A stretch of 63,488 nucleotides of DNA, filler included, from Octopus bimaculoides (Eukaryota), in assembly GCF_001194135.2 (NCBI RefSeq). It is 3 parts of 3 records of this genome, joined end to end, with 100 filler letters (N's around TTAATTAATTAA, not from the genome) between each part and the next. Parts side by side here need not be neighbours in the genome. Positions count along the whole stretch, not along the records: positions 30,162 to 58,262 come from NC_068983.1; 2 more parts are not named here. One strand, given 5' to 3'. This document shows positions 39,472 to 52,532 of the stretch, one piece after another. How positions within the stretch are numbered: the stretch's first letter is position 1; the number at the start of each line of letters is the position of its first letter. The notes under the pieces are model-generated. The model saw only the letters and a list, made by a program, of their open reading frames with translations, ran no database searches and was not told the origin of the DNA. The translations under genes were made by a program, and so were the position numbers.

Positions 39472-39901
39472 NNNNNNNNNNNNNNNNNNNNNNNNNNNNN
39501 NNNNNNNNNNNNNNNNNNNNNNNNNNNNNNNNNNNNNNNNNNNNNNNNNNNNNNNNNNNNNNNNNNNNNNNNNNNNNNNNNNNNNNNNNNNNNNNNNNNN
39601 NNNNNNNNNNNNNNNNNNNNNNNNNNNNNNNNNNNNNNNNNNNNNNNNNNNNNNNNNNNNNNNNNNNNNNNNNNNNNNNNNNNNNNNNNNNNNNNNNNNN
39701 NNNNNNNNNNNNNNNNNNNNNNNNNNNNNNNNNNNNNNNNNNNNNNNNNNNNNNNNNNNNNNNNNNNNNNNNNNNNNNNNNNNNNNNNNNNNNNNNNNNN
39801 NNNNNNNNNNNNNNNNNNNNNNNNNNNNNNNNNNNNNNNNNNNNNNNNNNNNNNNNNNNNNNNNNNNNNNNNNNNNNNNNNNNNNNNNNNNNNNNNNNNN
39901 N

Positions 39902-39980
<79 letters not shown>

Positions 39981-39982
<2 letters not shown>

Positions 39983-40519
39983 AGGCAGTGGCTCTCATGG
40001 CTTCTGATCTTAATTGATTGGAAGTGGTATCATGTATATTGTTTTGTCTTGGTATAAAAAGATGGGCTACAGCAAATATTCTGCTTAATACCACAGATTT
40101 GCTTGTCAGTTGTTTGACCTTAACCAGTTGAGCATGTCCCTTAGTGGCTGATGATATGTGCATCTCTGATCACGAGCAGAAGTAGTGGGGGTGCATCATA
40201 GCTGTGTGCTTAGAGGATTTCTTTGGTGTTTGGATAGTTCACCTTTTGAAACATGGGTGTTTTGCTCAACATCCTTAAACAAAGCTTATTCAGGGACCTT
40301 TTGAGCGGGATGGGCTAGTCGACCTGAAAAAAATTCTAACTGGGCCCCACCTGCGACGTCATGCGTTGTTTATCTTGATATGAGATCACCATGTCGCGCA
40401 CATATGGTTGTGATGCATGTACCTGGTGTACCCTTATCAGACGGGTAGTCATGATGGGTCTATTGGGCTTCGTATATTTTACCCGTGTCACTTTGATGGC
40501 ATGCACTGCTCTCTCACTC
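39981..40519 (+). mobile_element. ~540-bp non-coding interspersed element between (AAT)n tracts
   Basis: Sharp boundaries, (AAT)n on both sides, GC higher than flanks, no meaningful ORF. Confidence 0.55.
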
Positions 40520-40560
<41 letters not shown>

Positions 40561-40580
40561 CAACAACAGCGACAACAACG

Positions 40581-40624
<44 letters not shown>

Positions 40625-40644
40625 AATAATAATATTACTATTAT

Positions 40645-41436
40645 TAGCTCCCCATTATGTCGTATATGTCAACAACAAAATGAGACCATCGATCATGTCT
40701 CCATGTGCAGTTTGCTTGCGCCTACAGAGTATCTCAACAGGCATGATAGAGCTGCACAATATATTCACTGGGTAATTTGCAAAAGCCTGGACTTGCCCCA
40801 TAATAAAAACTGGTGGGAACACAAGCCACCCCAGTACTTGAAAATGATCACATCGCACTCCTCTGGAACTTCACCATTCAAACTGACAGAAAGATAGATG
40901 CAAATAGGCCAGACATCATACTGAAAGACTTCAGACAAAAATCATGCCTCCTCGTTGATATGACTGTCCCAATCGATATAAACGTATCTGTCAAGACCTA
41001 CCAAAAACTGAGCAAATATAAAGATCTTGAAATAGAAATTAGCAAAATGTGGAATCTGAAGACGAAAACAATATCTATTGTCATAGGTGCCCTGGGAACG
41101 ACAGCGAAACGGGCTGATTGCTACCTAGCTCAGATACCAGGAAACCCCAAAATGGCTGAAGTTCAAAAGATAGTGCTCATGGGAACTGCCCATATCCTAC
41201 GTAAAATACTGTCTATGTGATCTTAAATTTTCAAACGAACACATAATTTTCTTATATTTTCTTAAACATTCTCTAGAACAACACTGTACAAATCCAAAAA
41301 TATGGTACCCTAGGCATAACACCTACATGGACTTCTAACTTGTTGTCTCTTGAGGTCTCTGGGTGAGACTTGGATCCAACTTGTACAAATGCAAAACAAA
41401 AGTCAAACATAAAATAATAATAATGATAATAATAAT
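40645..41436 (+). mobile_element. R4/Dong-like LINE 3' end with 3' UTR and (AAT)n tail
   Basis: CRICQQQNETIDHV; DANRPDIILKD..LVDMTVP..KLSKYKDLEIEI..GTAHILRKILSM* (stop 41220); UTR gaggtctctgggtgagacttgga then aaaataataataat. Confidence 0.9.
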
Positions 41437-41655
41437 TCCGCTGTGCAACATCTGTAACAGAGTGGACAAAACCATTGCCCGTATCACGAATGAATGAGGT
41501 AGACTTTCCCAAAGCCATTACAAGTTGTGGCGACATGATAAGTATCGATAGTGCTACATTGGGCACTGTGCGGAAAGTGGGGCTAGAAAGAGGCAATTCG
41601 TGGTATGAGCACAAACTACAGAGTCGGAGACTTGCAAACTGTATGCTACGAATGA
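41437..41655 (+). mobile_element. RLE-type LINE zinc-knuckle fragment of another subfamily
   Basis: PLCNICNRVDKTIA; HYKLWRHDK; HWALCGKWG.ERGNSWYEHK across frameshifts. Confidence 0.65.
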
Positions 41656-41659
41656 TAAA

Positions 41660-42440
41660 CAACCAGAAACATTACTACAGACAGGGCATAGATATGCCAA
41701 AGAGATAAGCATGAAATTTGGTTTAGAAAAACATGTCAAAGCAACCTTGAACAAAAAAAACTAGTTAAGAGAAACAACATTACACTAGATAAATAAAATG
41801 AAATTGAAAAATTAGACCAAACCCAGTCATACAGATAGTTAGGAATCGATGAACTAAATACGGTACAACACATACAAATGAAAGAGAAGATAAGGAAGAA
41901 ATACGATAGACGAGATAAATTAATGCGTAAGACAAAGACCAATGTGAAAAACATAAGTATCAACACAGTATCTGTCCCAGTCAAATGTTACAGTTACAAT
42001 ATTCTTTACTGGACTCTCAATGAGCTAATCAAACTAGACAGAAAAACAAGAAAAGTAATAACAGAATTTAGGCTGCACTACCCACTTGAAGGTTGTAGAG
42101 GCCTTATACGACTAGAAAACTGCTATAAAATAACCAGCATAGGACTAGAGAAATATCCAATTCAAACACAAGAAGTACCGGTACAAATGGCCACAAAATA
42201 TGAGTAAAACAATAAAAAAACAGTTTTTTTTTGTCTTTGAAGAAGCCGAGAAATACAAGAAATGGGCCATAGTACCTGACAACTATGAAGTAAAACAGGA
42301 AACAGCAAAAGCTATGAAACAACTGAAATGCAAACTATAACTAGAACAATACCATGATAACAGGCTGGCAAGAAATGACCTTTCATGGCAAATACTAGGA
42401 TAAGCTAAACAGAAAAGAAATAGACAAAGTAAATTCTCAT
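41660..42440 (+). mobile_element. R4/Dong-like LINE fragment paralogous to about 38240-38930
   Basis: MKFGLEK; MKEKIRKKY; SYNILYWTLNELIKLDRKTRK; nucleotide similarity to the 38.3-38.9 kb copy. Confidence 0.85.
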
Positions 42441-43034
42441 AGGGGAAATAATAAAAACATCTGGTAAGTGAGTGTAAATAGAATGCGTATATGAAATATA
42501 TTTAAGGATCAATGAAAATGCTGTTTTAAAAGAAACAATTATGTTCTTGATTTACCATTCGAAGAATACTGTTGGATAAAGGTAAGTATCTGTTGGATAG
42601 AAGTAAGTTGCCAGATGTCAGAACGACTACGATCCAGCTTCGAGTCTTGGTTGAAAACACAGAGAATTTAAAGGCGAGAAGAATTAAAGCAAAAATTTCT
42701 GAATTTATTTGTATAATAACATATATAACAATATAATTATGTTTCGGTGCTATGAATATTTACCAGATGTTAATTACCGGAAATTTGAGAAGAAAACTAT
42801 ACTAGTTTGACTTTTAATTGAACAAAGCCGATATATTTACCCTCAACAGCAGGGACTCTTTAATTAAAACACCCATACAAAATCAAACAAATGCTTAAGA
42901 AACGAAGTGGAAGATTTATTAAAACTGAATTTTTAAGGAAAGAGAAAACACGAGTAGAGAAAGAAAACTCATGTTTGGCGGTTTAAACAGGAAAATGATT
43001 CACGTTGTGAAACTTGTGTATACGTGGGGAGGGA

Positions 43035-43094
<60 letters not shown>

Positions 43095-43259
43095 AGTAAT
43101 GGTGCGAAGTGTGGTTATTTAACGAAGCAGAAAACACGGCTTGATCAAGCAAGACTTCTGCCAGCATTTCACCTCATTTCACTTCAAAGGTTCGATGAAA
43201 TGAAAAATAGTTTGTCGACAGCTTCAGCCATAAAATCGATGACAACAATAATATGAGGA

Positions 43260-43625
43260 AGAATAACAGCACCAACGGCAACAACAGCAACAACAGCAAC
43301 AGCAAGGATGAACAAAAGCAGAACGACGTGTCTGATGACAATGACAATATCCAGAAGAGCAACCGGAATAGGGACAGCAACAACAGCAACATGAATATCA
43401 ACAGAAAGAAAAAAACAATAACAAATGTAACAATAAAAGCAAGAACAACGGTAAAAATTTAAATTGTAAAAAGAAGAAAACAAAAACAACTTCAATTTAA
43501 ACAGCAACAACAACAGCAACATTGAAACTGATCTCTAAGAACAATGTTGAACACAAATACTTACTTTATAATGTTGATGATGATGATGATAGTGGTGGTG
43601 GTGATGATGGTGCTGGTGGTGGCGG
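43260..43625. repeat. Degenerate (AAC/AGC/GAT/GGT)n trinucleotide field
   Basis: Directly visible. Confidence 0.85.
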
Positions 43626-44499
43626 TCTACACTGCAACAAAAAACAAATTAGATGCCAGTAAGAAGCAGCAGTTAATGAGTGAAGATGTGGTGAAAGAAG
43701 TGGAAGTAGGAGAGATGTAAGGAGGTGTATAGCAAGAAAGATCGTTTTGATTGTTTTGTTTTTGCCGAAGAAATTAATGAATTATGAAATAAAAAAGATT
43801 CTATTTTCATATGAGCAGAGCAGGTGTGACTTGAGTGCAGCGTGACCTTTGGCATTAAGGCATTTGACCTCTTGGCCACAGGTCATTTCGTCTAAAATAT
43901 GATGTGTTGGCATCAGCGCAAAAAATTGTGGTTAACACCAGCTATAACATTTCCCAATGCGGTCTCGTTACTCCTACTTCATAAAGATCTTCGTTCAACT
44001 GAGATTATCTAAGCTATGAGTTGAAGAAAACTTCTTCAGTAGGTGTTTAAAATCTAAAAACAATACACAAATCAAATACAATCAATTTATCGATATTTTC
44101 GTACAGTATAGACAATTGAGAAGAATGTGGTCTTGCACAGAATGTTCCGCGTAGGACGTCTAAAAGAGCCGAAACTGGTTTTCTGTATTTTCCAAGAATT
44201 TCAATTAACTGATCATGTTTCAGTTATCTCCTGTGTGAGTTGTTTTTAGATTTTGTCACTCCTATAGAGAGAGTTTTTATTTAATGATTGCTTGGGTATT
44301 CTCAGGCTCTCAAAGGTTTTTCCCTCACGGCGATACGTGGAGGATTCCCTAACGTTTCTTCTGTTTAAAACCCCAAACGCTCTCATCATGTACCTTCTCC
44401 ATTGTTGCATTGTCATGAATTTCAAGTTTACATATTGCTGCTGCTGCTGCTGCTGCTGCTGTTGTTGTCGGTGGTGGTGGTGGTGGTGGAGTGTATTCT

Positions 44500-44822
44500 G
44501 AGCTGAGCAACACGCCGTCCCATGGCCTTAGCATACTTGGTAGTAAAGCAAATAACTGTCACTCTGTCAGTTACGATGATGAGTGTTCCAGTTAATGCAA
44601 TCACCGGAAGATGAGCCAGCAAGTAGCTGAGTACTCCACAGACACGCGTACCCTTAACTTAGTTCTCAGAGAGATTCAGCGTGACACAGAGTGTGACAAG
44701 GCTGGCCCTCATTGAATTACAGGTACAACACATTTTTACCAGCTGAGTGGAATAGCGCAGCGTGAGATTGAGAGTCTTGCTCAAGGACACAACATGACGA
44801 GCACTGAAACCACTACGCCATG
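44500..44822 (-). mobile_element. tRNA-derived SINE (family E)
   Basis: Minus strand gcatggcgtagtggttt...gtgtccttgagcaagac...ccactcagctgg...gggccagccttgtcacactctgtgtcacgctgaatctc. Confidence 0.7.
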
Positions 44823-44910
44823 CTCCTTCACAATGTAAAGCAAATAACAATCAATAAACATTCAGTAAGAAGGGTTGATGTATATTTTTCTCAACATCCT
44901 TTGTTCTCAG

Positions 44911-45047
44911 ACGAAAATGAAATAGTTGGTATTGGTTTGACCTTTAGAGGCGCAATTTATGTAAACGTTTTCTCCTTAAGAACTGGCCACCGCCTAGGTC
45001 TCACTGATAATGTAAAGTTGATCAAAGTGTCTGCTGAAGTTCACTAG
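44911..45047 (+). CDS. Candidate terminal coding exon, product unknown
   Basis: catcctttgttctcag acceptor, phase-1 frame open to stop: xENEIVGIGLTFRGAIYVNVFSLRTGHRLGLTDNVKLIKVSAEVH*. Confidence 0.25.
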
Positions 45048-46939
45048 TGCTCGTAATAGATTAGTTTAAACGGTTAACTTATCAATTATATACATTCGTA
45101 GCAAATTGTTTTTTTATCGTTTTTTATCTATCGATTGTAAAACTGAGCTACAAATGCAAGCATAGATGTATGGTTAAGAAGTTACATTCGTCCAATCTAG
45201 CTCTCTTCCCTTTTCTCTCATCCTTAAATGTTTTATGACTCCTCTTTACTTGCCACAACTCATAACTTACTATTATAAATTATCTCCTACAACCCACTGA
45301 AGTCTACCCTCGGTCTAGTCCAACTAACACCTTCTCACTCGGGTCCTTGACAGTAGATATCAAAATACATACTTTCAAGAACTACATTATTAACGGCCAA
45401 AATATTTGCTCATTCTCCCATCTTCCAGAGATAGATCGCTGTTGTATTTTGGATATTTTGTTTTGTAAAATTTCTTCTCATCTGATGATTACGGTCTGTT
45501 ATAATGATGGAATGTTCTCATTCTTCTATTATAAGTTATGTAAGAAACAGTTGTAATGAGCTGACAGTTATCTATCCTCTTTTATTATTCATTTGATTAT
45601 AATACACCAAGGGGATTTACTTGTCGGACACTCTAGAATATACCAACAACGTACAATTCATCGTAACATGTCATTTGGATCAGCCCCTTACGCGCTAAAT
45701 ACTCATAGGGTTGGTCTTCTGTGTGTACTGAACCGAAATATCCGATCCAATATTTTGACCCTCATCAACCATAGGACGGAACCACAGATTACCCAACCCT
45801 ACCTGGAGCACACCTGTTCAAGTACCTGATTCTATCTGAATCCTCATCTGACTATATAGTCGAGGCCAACAGTGAATGGTAGAATTGCGTACAATTTTGG
45901 CCGTTAAGAATGTAGTTCTGGAAAGTGTGTAATTTGATATCTAAGGTCAAGGACCTGGATGAGCGTCTTATTAATACTTTGCATGTACCACGTCCTCGCG
46001 TTGTTGTTTGGATCTTATATATATATATATATATAGTTATAGTTAATACACAACTAGACTCAACACTACCTAAGCATGATTTTATCTCTCATCTTTCATA
46101 ATCATATTATGAATATCCGAACATGTTATATGATACTCCATCTAGTCTTCTGTCACAATATAATATTCTTCTGATGTATTCTTCTTTCGCACTGAGTAGA
46201 ACGGTAATATGTAATTAATTTAATTATAATTACGATTGAAATTAATTTCTAATTTTTCCATGTCTCTTACATGTTAATATTACCGATCGAAACGATCGTA
46301 TGCATGGCTTAAAGTTTTATAAAACTCTTAACACCTCTTCTCCATCTTTAACTGTTTGTTGAGTTTCTATAGGATACGTGTTCTATAAATTCCCATAAAA
46401 CACCTTATATATATGTATATTATAAATAAGAGAGAGACAGGGGGAGAGAGAGAGCACCTATGTTATTGACTCATTATAGTGTTAAACATGTGATGCAAAC
46501 GTTTGATGTTTAAGCCATAGAATTCACAATATCCAGTTATTCAAAATTATTCAAGTTATTTGCTGTAATTGTTTTAGTTGTCTCCTGTTTTTCGTTCTTC
46601 CTCTCAAATTCTACAATTTACATTCAGCAGCAGAATTTTCGAAAGATGATTCTATATTGAGAATTGAACCATTTCTTGTTAAATACGATTGTCCTTTCCA
46701 TTAGATTTGACCCATTTTATGGTGCCACTAAAGTTATCTTTCACTGATCTATCTTCTCCCAGATTAAATTCGTGCATCCATTAATCGTAGATTATAAGAA
46801 CGAAATAGGAAATGTCTAGATAATCCAGGTTTATATATCCAGTTGTTGATTTTACAGATTCTTTGGTATAATTAAGTTTATCTCACTCACAGACTTTACA
46901 TTCCGGTGACTCTAAATCTCGTTAATTCTATTCAAAGAC

Positions 46940-47180
46940 TTTATTTGGTCGGGCCTTGAAGCGTGATAATACATTTAAGTAAATGTTTAGTTAGTTCTGA
47001 AAAATTCCTATCCGTGGACATGAATAATAGATTATCGTTAACATTTGATATATTTAGCGAATTGCTCTCAGCGTGGTCTAGTTTTGTCACCGTGAATATA
47101 AAATTTTGTCTCTTCAACGAGAATAAAAAATTGTTGATCACATCTCGACGCTGAAATATTTTTAGGAAGTTTAAATTCAT
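46940..47180 (-). mobile_element. Possible Penelope-like ORF N-terminal remnant
   Basis: STDRNFSELTKHLLK..GP loosely resembles the NLS.R.L...E..LL..G motif of PLE ORFs; next to a tandem repeat with an HHR-like motif. Confidence 0.25.
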
Positions 47181-47354
47181 GTGGCCGCACAGTATACCAA
47201 TATCGTGAGGCTGTTAATTGAAGATAGTGTATCTATCGGGGGTTTGTACTGTTTGTCAAGTCACAACAAGGACCTCACAAAAAGAACCACAAACAAGGTT
47301 TTCAGACACTGGAGTACAATTATACTAAGCCACTTGATAAATATTAAATTTATC

Positions 47355-47945
47355 AGGAGTAAACATGCTAGCCACTTGATAGAATCATTAGTTTTATCCT
47401 TCATTAATCAATTAATTAATTATATATAAATAAATATACATAATGTATTCCTGATTAATTTGATATTTACTACGGTATTTGTTTTGATCGAAAAAGCACG
47501 TGGTTTGTGGTAATGAAATTAGATCTGGAAAAATCTATACATGTGGATGTATTTATATGTTCGTATGGATACTGGTTTGTTCATATGGTATGTATAGACA
47601 TCTAAATATATATTTTTTGGTGTATCATACTAATGACAGCACGGGGAATTTGCTTCCCTTAGCCAGAAATCGATCATCGATCTATGGGTAACCTTTCTTT
47701 TTATATCTGATTGATTCACTTGCCCGCTTTCAAACTGAACTAACAGAGTAAAGTAATAAGTGGTTTATAGAGCTTTTAATGTCTATTTCAAGCATGTTGG
47801 TGTGTGTCTACGCATAACCTTGTGCTAGAATTATATCTATGTGATTATATAAATATTTTCCTAAATGGAGTTGACATGCTGACCACTTGATAAAATCATT
47901 AAATAGTTTTTAACCTTTATTAATTAATTGATTAATTATATATAT
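47355..47945. repeat. Direct repeats ~510 bp apart enclosing a degenerate hammerhead motif
   Basis: ggagt..acatgct..ccacttgata.aatcatta at about 47356 and 47866; atcataCTAATGA..GAAATCGATC at 47624-47687. Confidence 0.5.
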
Positions 47946-48400
47946 ATATATATATAGACACACAGACACAAACTCATATATGCATAGATTTATTTCGGTG
48001 CTATGAAAAAGCCAGAGATGACGGCTTCAATCTGATATATCAAGCAGTTAAAACAATACTGGGACAAAGCTACACACCCAATCTGTGGGTAGAACAGTAA
48101 AAATAGGCAAGACTTTTCTCAACTTCCAAATGTGCATTTGTCAGTGTTAACTACACTCCAAAGATGGACCCTTGTATCTTTGTTGGCAACTGGCTCCCTC
48201 TTTAGTGGAAGATTTATAACAATTAAAACAATTGAAAACATACATACATATCTGCATACATGCATACATACATACATACATGCATACATACAAAAATACC
48301 CTGTTGTTGATGTTGAAATTCTTGGATCTAGGTTGGAGACCGGTTCTTTATCTATTGGCGGGAAATCTTGAAATATACTGAATAATGACATACATACATA

Positions 48401-49210
48401 TCTGGTTGAGTAAAAAGTGAGCAACGTTTTGGACCATGAAGAATTTGTACCCACTTTTGCAGATTAGTAGTTTTTAAAACATGTTATGCAATTGTCTGAT
48501 AATACAGACAGAATTGCCCAAATGCATCAATAAATTAACATTGATATTTTTCCCCGGCGTTACAATCATCTGAAATGGAACTATTAAAGCGCAATATTCG
48601 ATAAATTTTGCTTTTCAACTTCAAAAAAGGACTTAAAGTAGCTGAAATTACTCGCAATATCAACGAAACGTTTGGTGAGGAAATGACCAGCGAGTGGTCA
48701 GCTCAAAAATGGTTTAAACGATTTTGCAGAGGAAATCTGAGCCCTGAAGATTGTGAATGTAGTAGACGCCTATCTGTCATCGATGACAGTCGGCTGTCAT
48801 TAAGAAAGATAAACGTAAAACCACTCGAGGACTGGCAAAAGAACTTCAAGTTAGCCAGAAAACTGGCTGCAACAATTTGCATGCTATCGGAAAATCAAAT
48901 GTGTGCCACACGATTTGAATGAAAATCAGAGAATGCGCAGATGTGAAAGTTGCTAGTCGCTTCTTCTCCGTAACCTGACCGATTCATTTCTCGACCGTAT
49001 TGTAACTTGCGATGAAAAATGGGTTTTGTACAATAACAAAAACAACGTTGTTCGCAGAGTTTGGGTCAAAATGAAACACTGGAAACCTTCCCTAAACCCG
49101 AGCTGTTCAAAAAGAAGATTATGGTGACTGTTTGAAGGTGTACTGCTGGACTCATCCACTATAACTTCTTAAAACTCGGTAAAGCCATTACTGAAGAAAC
49201 ATAGTGCAGA
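48401..49210 (+). mobile_element. Decayed mariner transposon, left TIR plus N-terminal part of transposase
   Basis: TA-tctggttgagtaaaaagt TIR-like; ATG ~48575; LFNFKKG..AEITRNINETFG..AQKWFKRF; VPHDL; DRIVTCDEKWVLYNN; PKPELFKKKIMVTV. Confidence 0.9.
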
Positions 49211-49214
49211 AACA

Positions 49215-52190
49215 TATCTGGTTGTGTATCCTGATGGCAATGTTGAGCTTTTTGGTACAATGCAGTGGCGCCCCGTTATGCTATTAATGTAACTAATAAT
49301 GCTAAAGTTTGAAAAAAGTTTTTCTAAGTTTTCCAAATATATATTACTGCAAATCTTTCCCACCTTCGCACAACTCTTTCAGTCTCTCCCAATAGATGAT
49401 ATATCGCATTTTGTCGATCTTCGTGTAGCTTCGCTGCGTCACCTTGAGTTCTGTCGTTAATTTTACACTATTTGGTGATCACAATTGTGAACATTAATCC
49501 AGACACTGAGAACAAAGGTCCTCCAGAGGACCATCATGGTTTCCGTTTCTCTTGTTTTGAAAGTTCGATGGATCCACCCGTCCAGCTGTCTGTATTCTAT
49601 TACCAACTTGATAATGGGTACTTCGAAAGATGCATCATTACTCGTGTCGATGCCCAGGTCACGAACTGATTATGATTCAGAAACTGCAATCCTTCTTGGG
49701 CCACTATATCCTGTCTGCTTTTCATTGAATTTCTTGTGTTGGTAGCGCAGGGCTTGGAATTTTTCAGCATTAAACTACATGTTATATTCCTCAACTCACC
49801 TGTATATTGCGTCCAACTCACATTGTAAATACACAACGTCTACAGGGTTCCGTATCCTCTGACAGACTTTTGCAACATCTGCATAGCTAGCAAGGGTGGC
49901 TATTTTAGCAGCTGAGGATATGGCAGAGAAATCCACTATGAACAGAAGCGGTCCCAGGACAGTGTCCTGTGGAACATCACTCATTATTTGTTACCACCAC
50001 CACCTGATTTCTATCTTTTAGAAAGTCATGTAGCATTTCTATAACTTTTCCAACTATGCCAAGATCTCGCGGCTTGTAACAAATCATCGCATGGTCGACT
50101 TTGTCAAAGGCGTTTACAAAGTGGAGGTACAACACGTCTATATTTAAGTTGTCACGCAGCTGCTTTAGTACCCAGTCGTAATGCTGCAAGAGCTGTGTGA
50201 GGCAGCTCTTAATTTGTCGAAGCCATGCAGTCATACTCTTGAAGGAAAGCAATTAATTTCCTTCGGACTGTTCGTTCCATGACTCTGCTGATGTGTGAGG
50301 TCAGAGGGATAGGCCTGTAGTTTTTAGCATCTGCTCTGCTTCCTCCTTTATGGATGGGGCATAATATTCCCTCCTTTAGTGCGTCCGGGAGCTTACCATT
50401 TGCGAGGAAGCTCTGTAAAAGTAGTTGCAATGGTTTTGCAAAGACTCGTTTGCATGACTCGTTTGCAAAGACTCGTTTGCATGACTCGAGCAGGATTGCT
50501 GGGAATCCATCAAATCCAGCAGCTGAACGTGCATCTATATCATCTATTTCCAGCATTGCATCCTTTTCTTCGATGTTAATGTAATGAGTTGTTACTGCAT
50601 CCCGTTCAACTTCTGTGGCGGTAAAGAACTCTGCAGGTTTGCTAACTTGCATGCGCTTCAGGGGTGGGGTGAAGACATTGTTGGACTGTCTACTCAGTAT
50701 TTCACTCATCCTCACTGGGCTTCCCGCAAGGCAGCCATATGTTTGGAGGAGTGACTCTAACCTGCAACGCACAGAGGCAGTCTCCTTAGCGTGCGTAAAA
50801 ATGCGTTACTGTCTGATTTTTATATTTCTTATGACCCAGGCTTCTCTGTCTGATCTTTCCTTCTCATGGGAGTGCTTCAGTTATTTCTCTGTCCCCAGCA
50901 GTGCTACTTCCAGGCGGGGTTTCTCACAGCCGTTGAGTTCTCTGTTGAGGTATCTTGCAATTTTTTACGCCGTCTCACAAGAACTTTTCTCTCTCTGGGA
51001 ATCTTGTTTTTATGTGCAGTGGCCTTTCTCTCTGGGACAGAATTGTAGCATATGTGTTTGTATTATGGACATGAAAGTTTTCAATTTCCTGTCTATGTCA
51101 GGTGTAGGGAGATACTGGAACAAATCCTGTTTGGTGATCTCTTTCTCAATTGATTTCCAGTCTGCTTTGTGGTAGTTCAGATTGGATAGGTTTTGGATGC
51201 TTCTCATAGCCTGCAAGTCTGTGGGTTCCTTTGATCCATACATGATCAGCTCTGTTATGTTATGATCCGAGATTAGTGTCGGTGTCATTTTCACATTATG
51301 GATGAGATCCATATTGTTTGTGAAGCAGAGATCTAGTATATTGTTTGTCCTGGTTTGTTGGAGTATTATTTGCTGCATGTGTAACTTGGTGAGGTTGAGC
51401 AAGGATTCCATCTGACTTTGCTCACATCACGTCATTCCTGAAAAGAAAAGGCCTTCAGGTTATTCCACATTGGACAAGTTGAAGTCGCCCAGGAGAAGTA
51501 CACGGGTGTACTCTTCTAGATTGGTTAAGACCTCTTCTACTCTTGCAAGGTAGACTTCGAATAGGCTCGTGTGTTTTGGATCATCTGGTGGGCAATATGT
51601 AGTACATATAAATATGCCGAGTTGTCTTATATGTACAATTCGTGCGTCATACACTGAGTTTGAGTGTCACATAAAGGTCTGAGACGTGAGATCTCCATGG
51701 ATGTATACTAACCTCCTACATGGGCTCTGTCTACACCAAACAACATACTTTGGTATGTGTATTTCGGGTTTTAGGTGCGTTTCAGTGAGCGCTATGCATA
51801 GAGCTTGATTGCATACCACTAGGTCTCTCAGGGAGGTAAGCTCTGTTAGTGAGTTGTAACAGTTCTCTTACGTTTATGAAGTATCCTGGTGGTAGGGCCA
51901 TCAGTGCTGGTGTCTTCTTCCTTGGCAGGTCTTTTAATTCCAGTTTTTGTTTCACAAGTGTTCCCTCGTGGAACAGTAGGTCCCGGGGAACGTCTGTTAT
52001 TCACATCATGGTTTCCATCCTTGACAACTTTTATGAGTTCTTGTGCAAAGATGGTGTCAAGTGTGTTAATGTTAGGGTTGATGAGGGCATAGGATCGGAT
52101 AAACTCTTGGTTTTTCCGCTTTATCTGAGCTGTGGTTCTTATGTAGTCATTGCCCTTTAGAACTACCGTTATATTATTTGGATTGTCTCC
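49215..52190 (-). mobile_element. CR1/L2-group LINE, near full-length decayed ORF2 (APE + RT)
   Basis: CIALTETHLK; LLLGDFNL; NNILDLCFTN; GFDGFPAILL; PIHKGGSRADAKNYRPIPLTS; NAFDKVDH; VPQDTVLGPLLF; SYADV; TGRHCIVPK. Confidence 0.9.
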
Positions 52191-52532
52191 TTCGGCTATG
52201 TACGTCTACTCAATAAGTGTTTCAGTTCAGCACTGACCCAATCTCGAGACATCTTTAGCCAGCTGTTTCCTTCTGAATATATTTAGAAAAATATTGAGGA
52301 AGAAAGAGAGGTGTAAGTTGTATTGATCTATACGTCCACAGGTGGGAGGAGTATAAGTTGGAATAAGGAAGGAAGATTTGTGTGGCTTTGAATATATATA
52401 TCTATAATCTTTTTGTAGACATATTCTCATATACACACATGTTCTACAAGTAGCTATACAGGGAGAGAGGATTGAGAGAGAGTGTGTGTATGTATGTGTG
52501 TGCCTTAAATCAGAATCAACTATATATATATA

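Noticed and set aside
37667-42322. RT/endonuclease ORFs as host genes
   Set aside because: Frameshifted, truncated retrotransposon fragments
50434-50488. In-frame 27-bp tandem duplication in LINE RT (ANESCKRVF)
   Set aside because: Consistent with slippage in a dead copy
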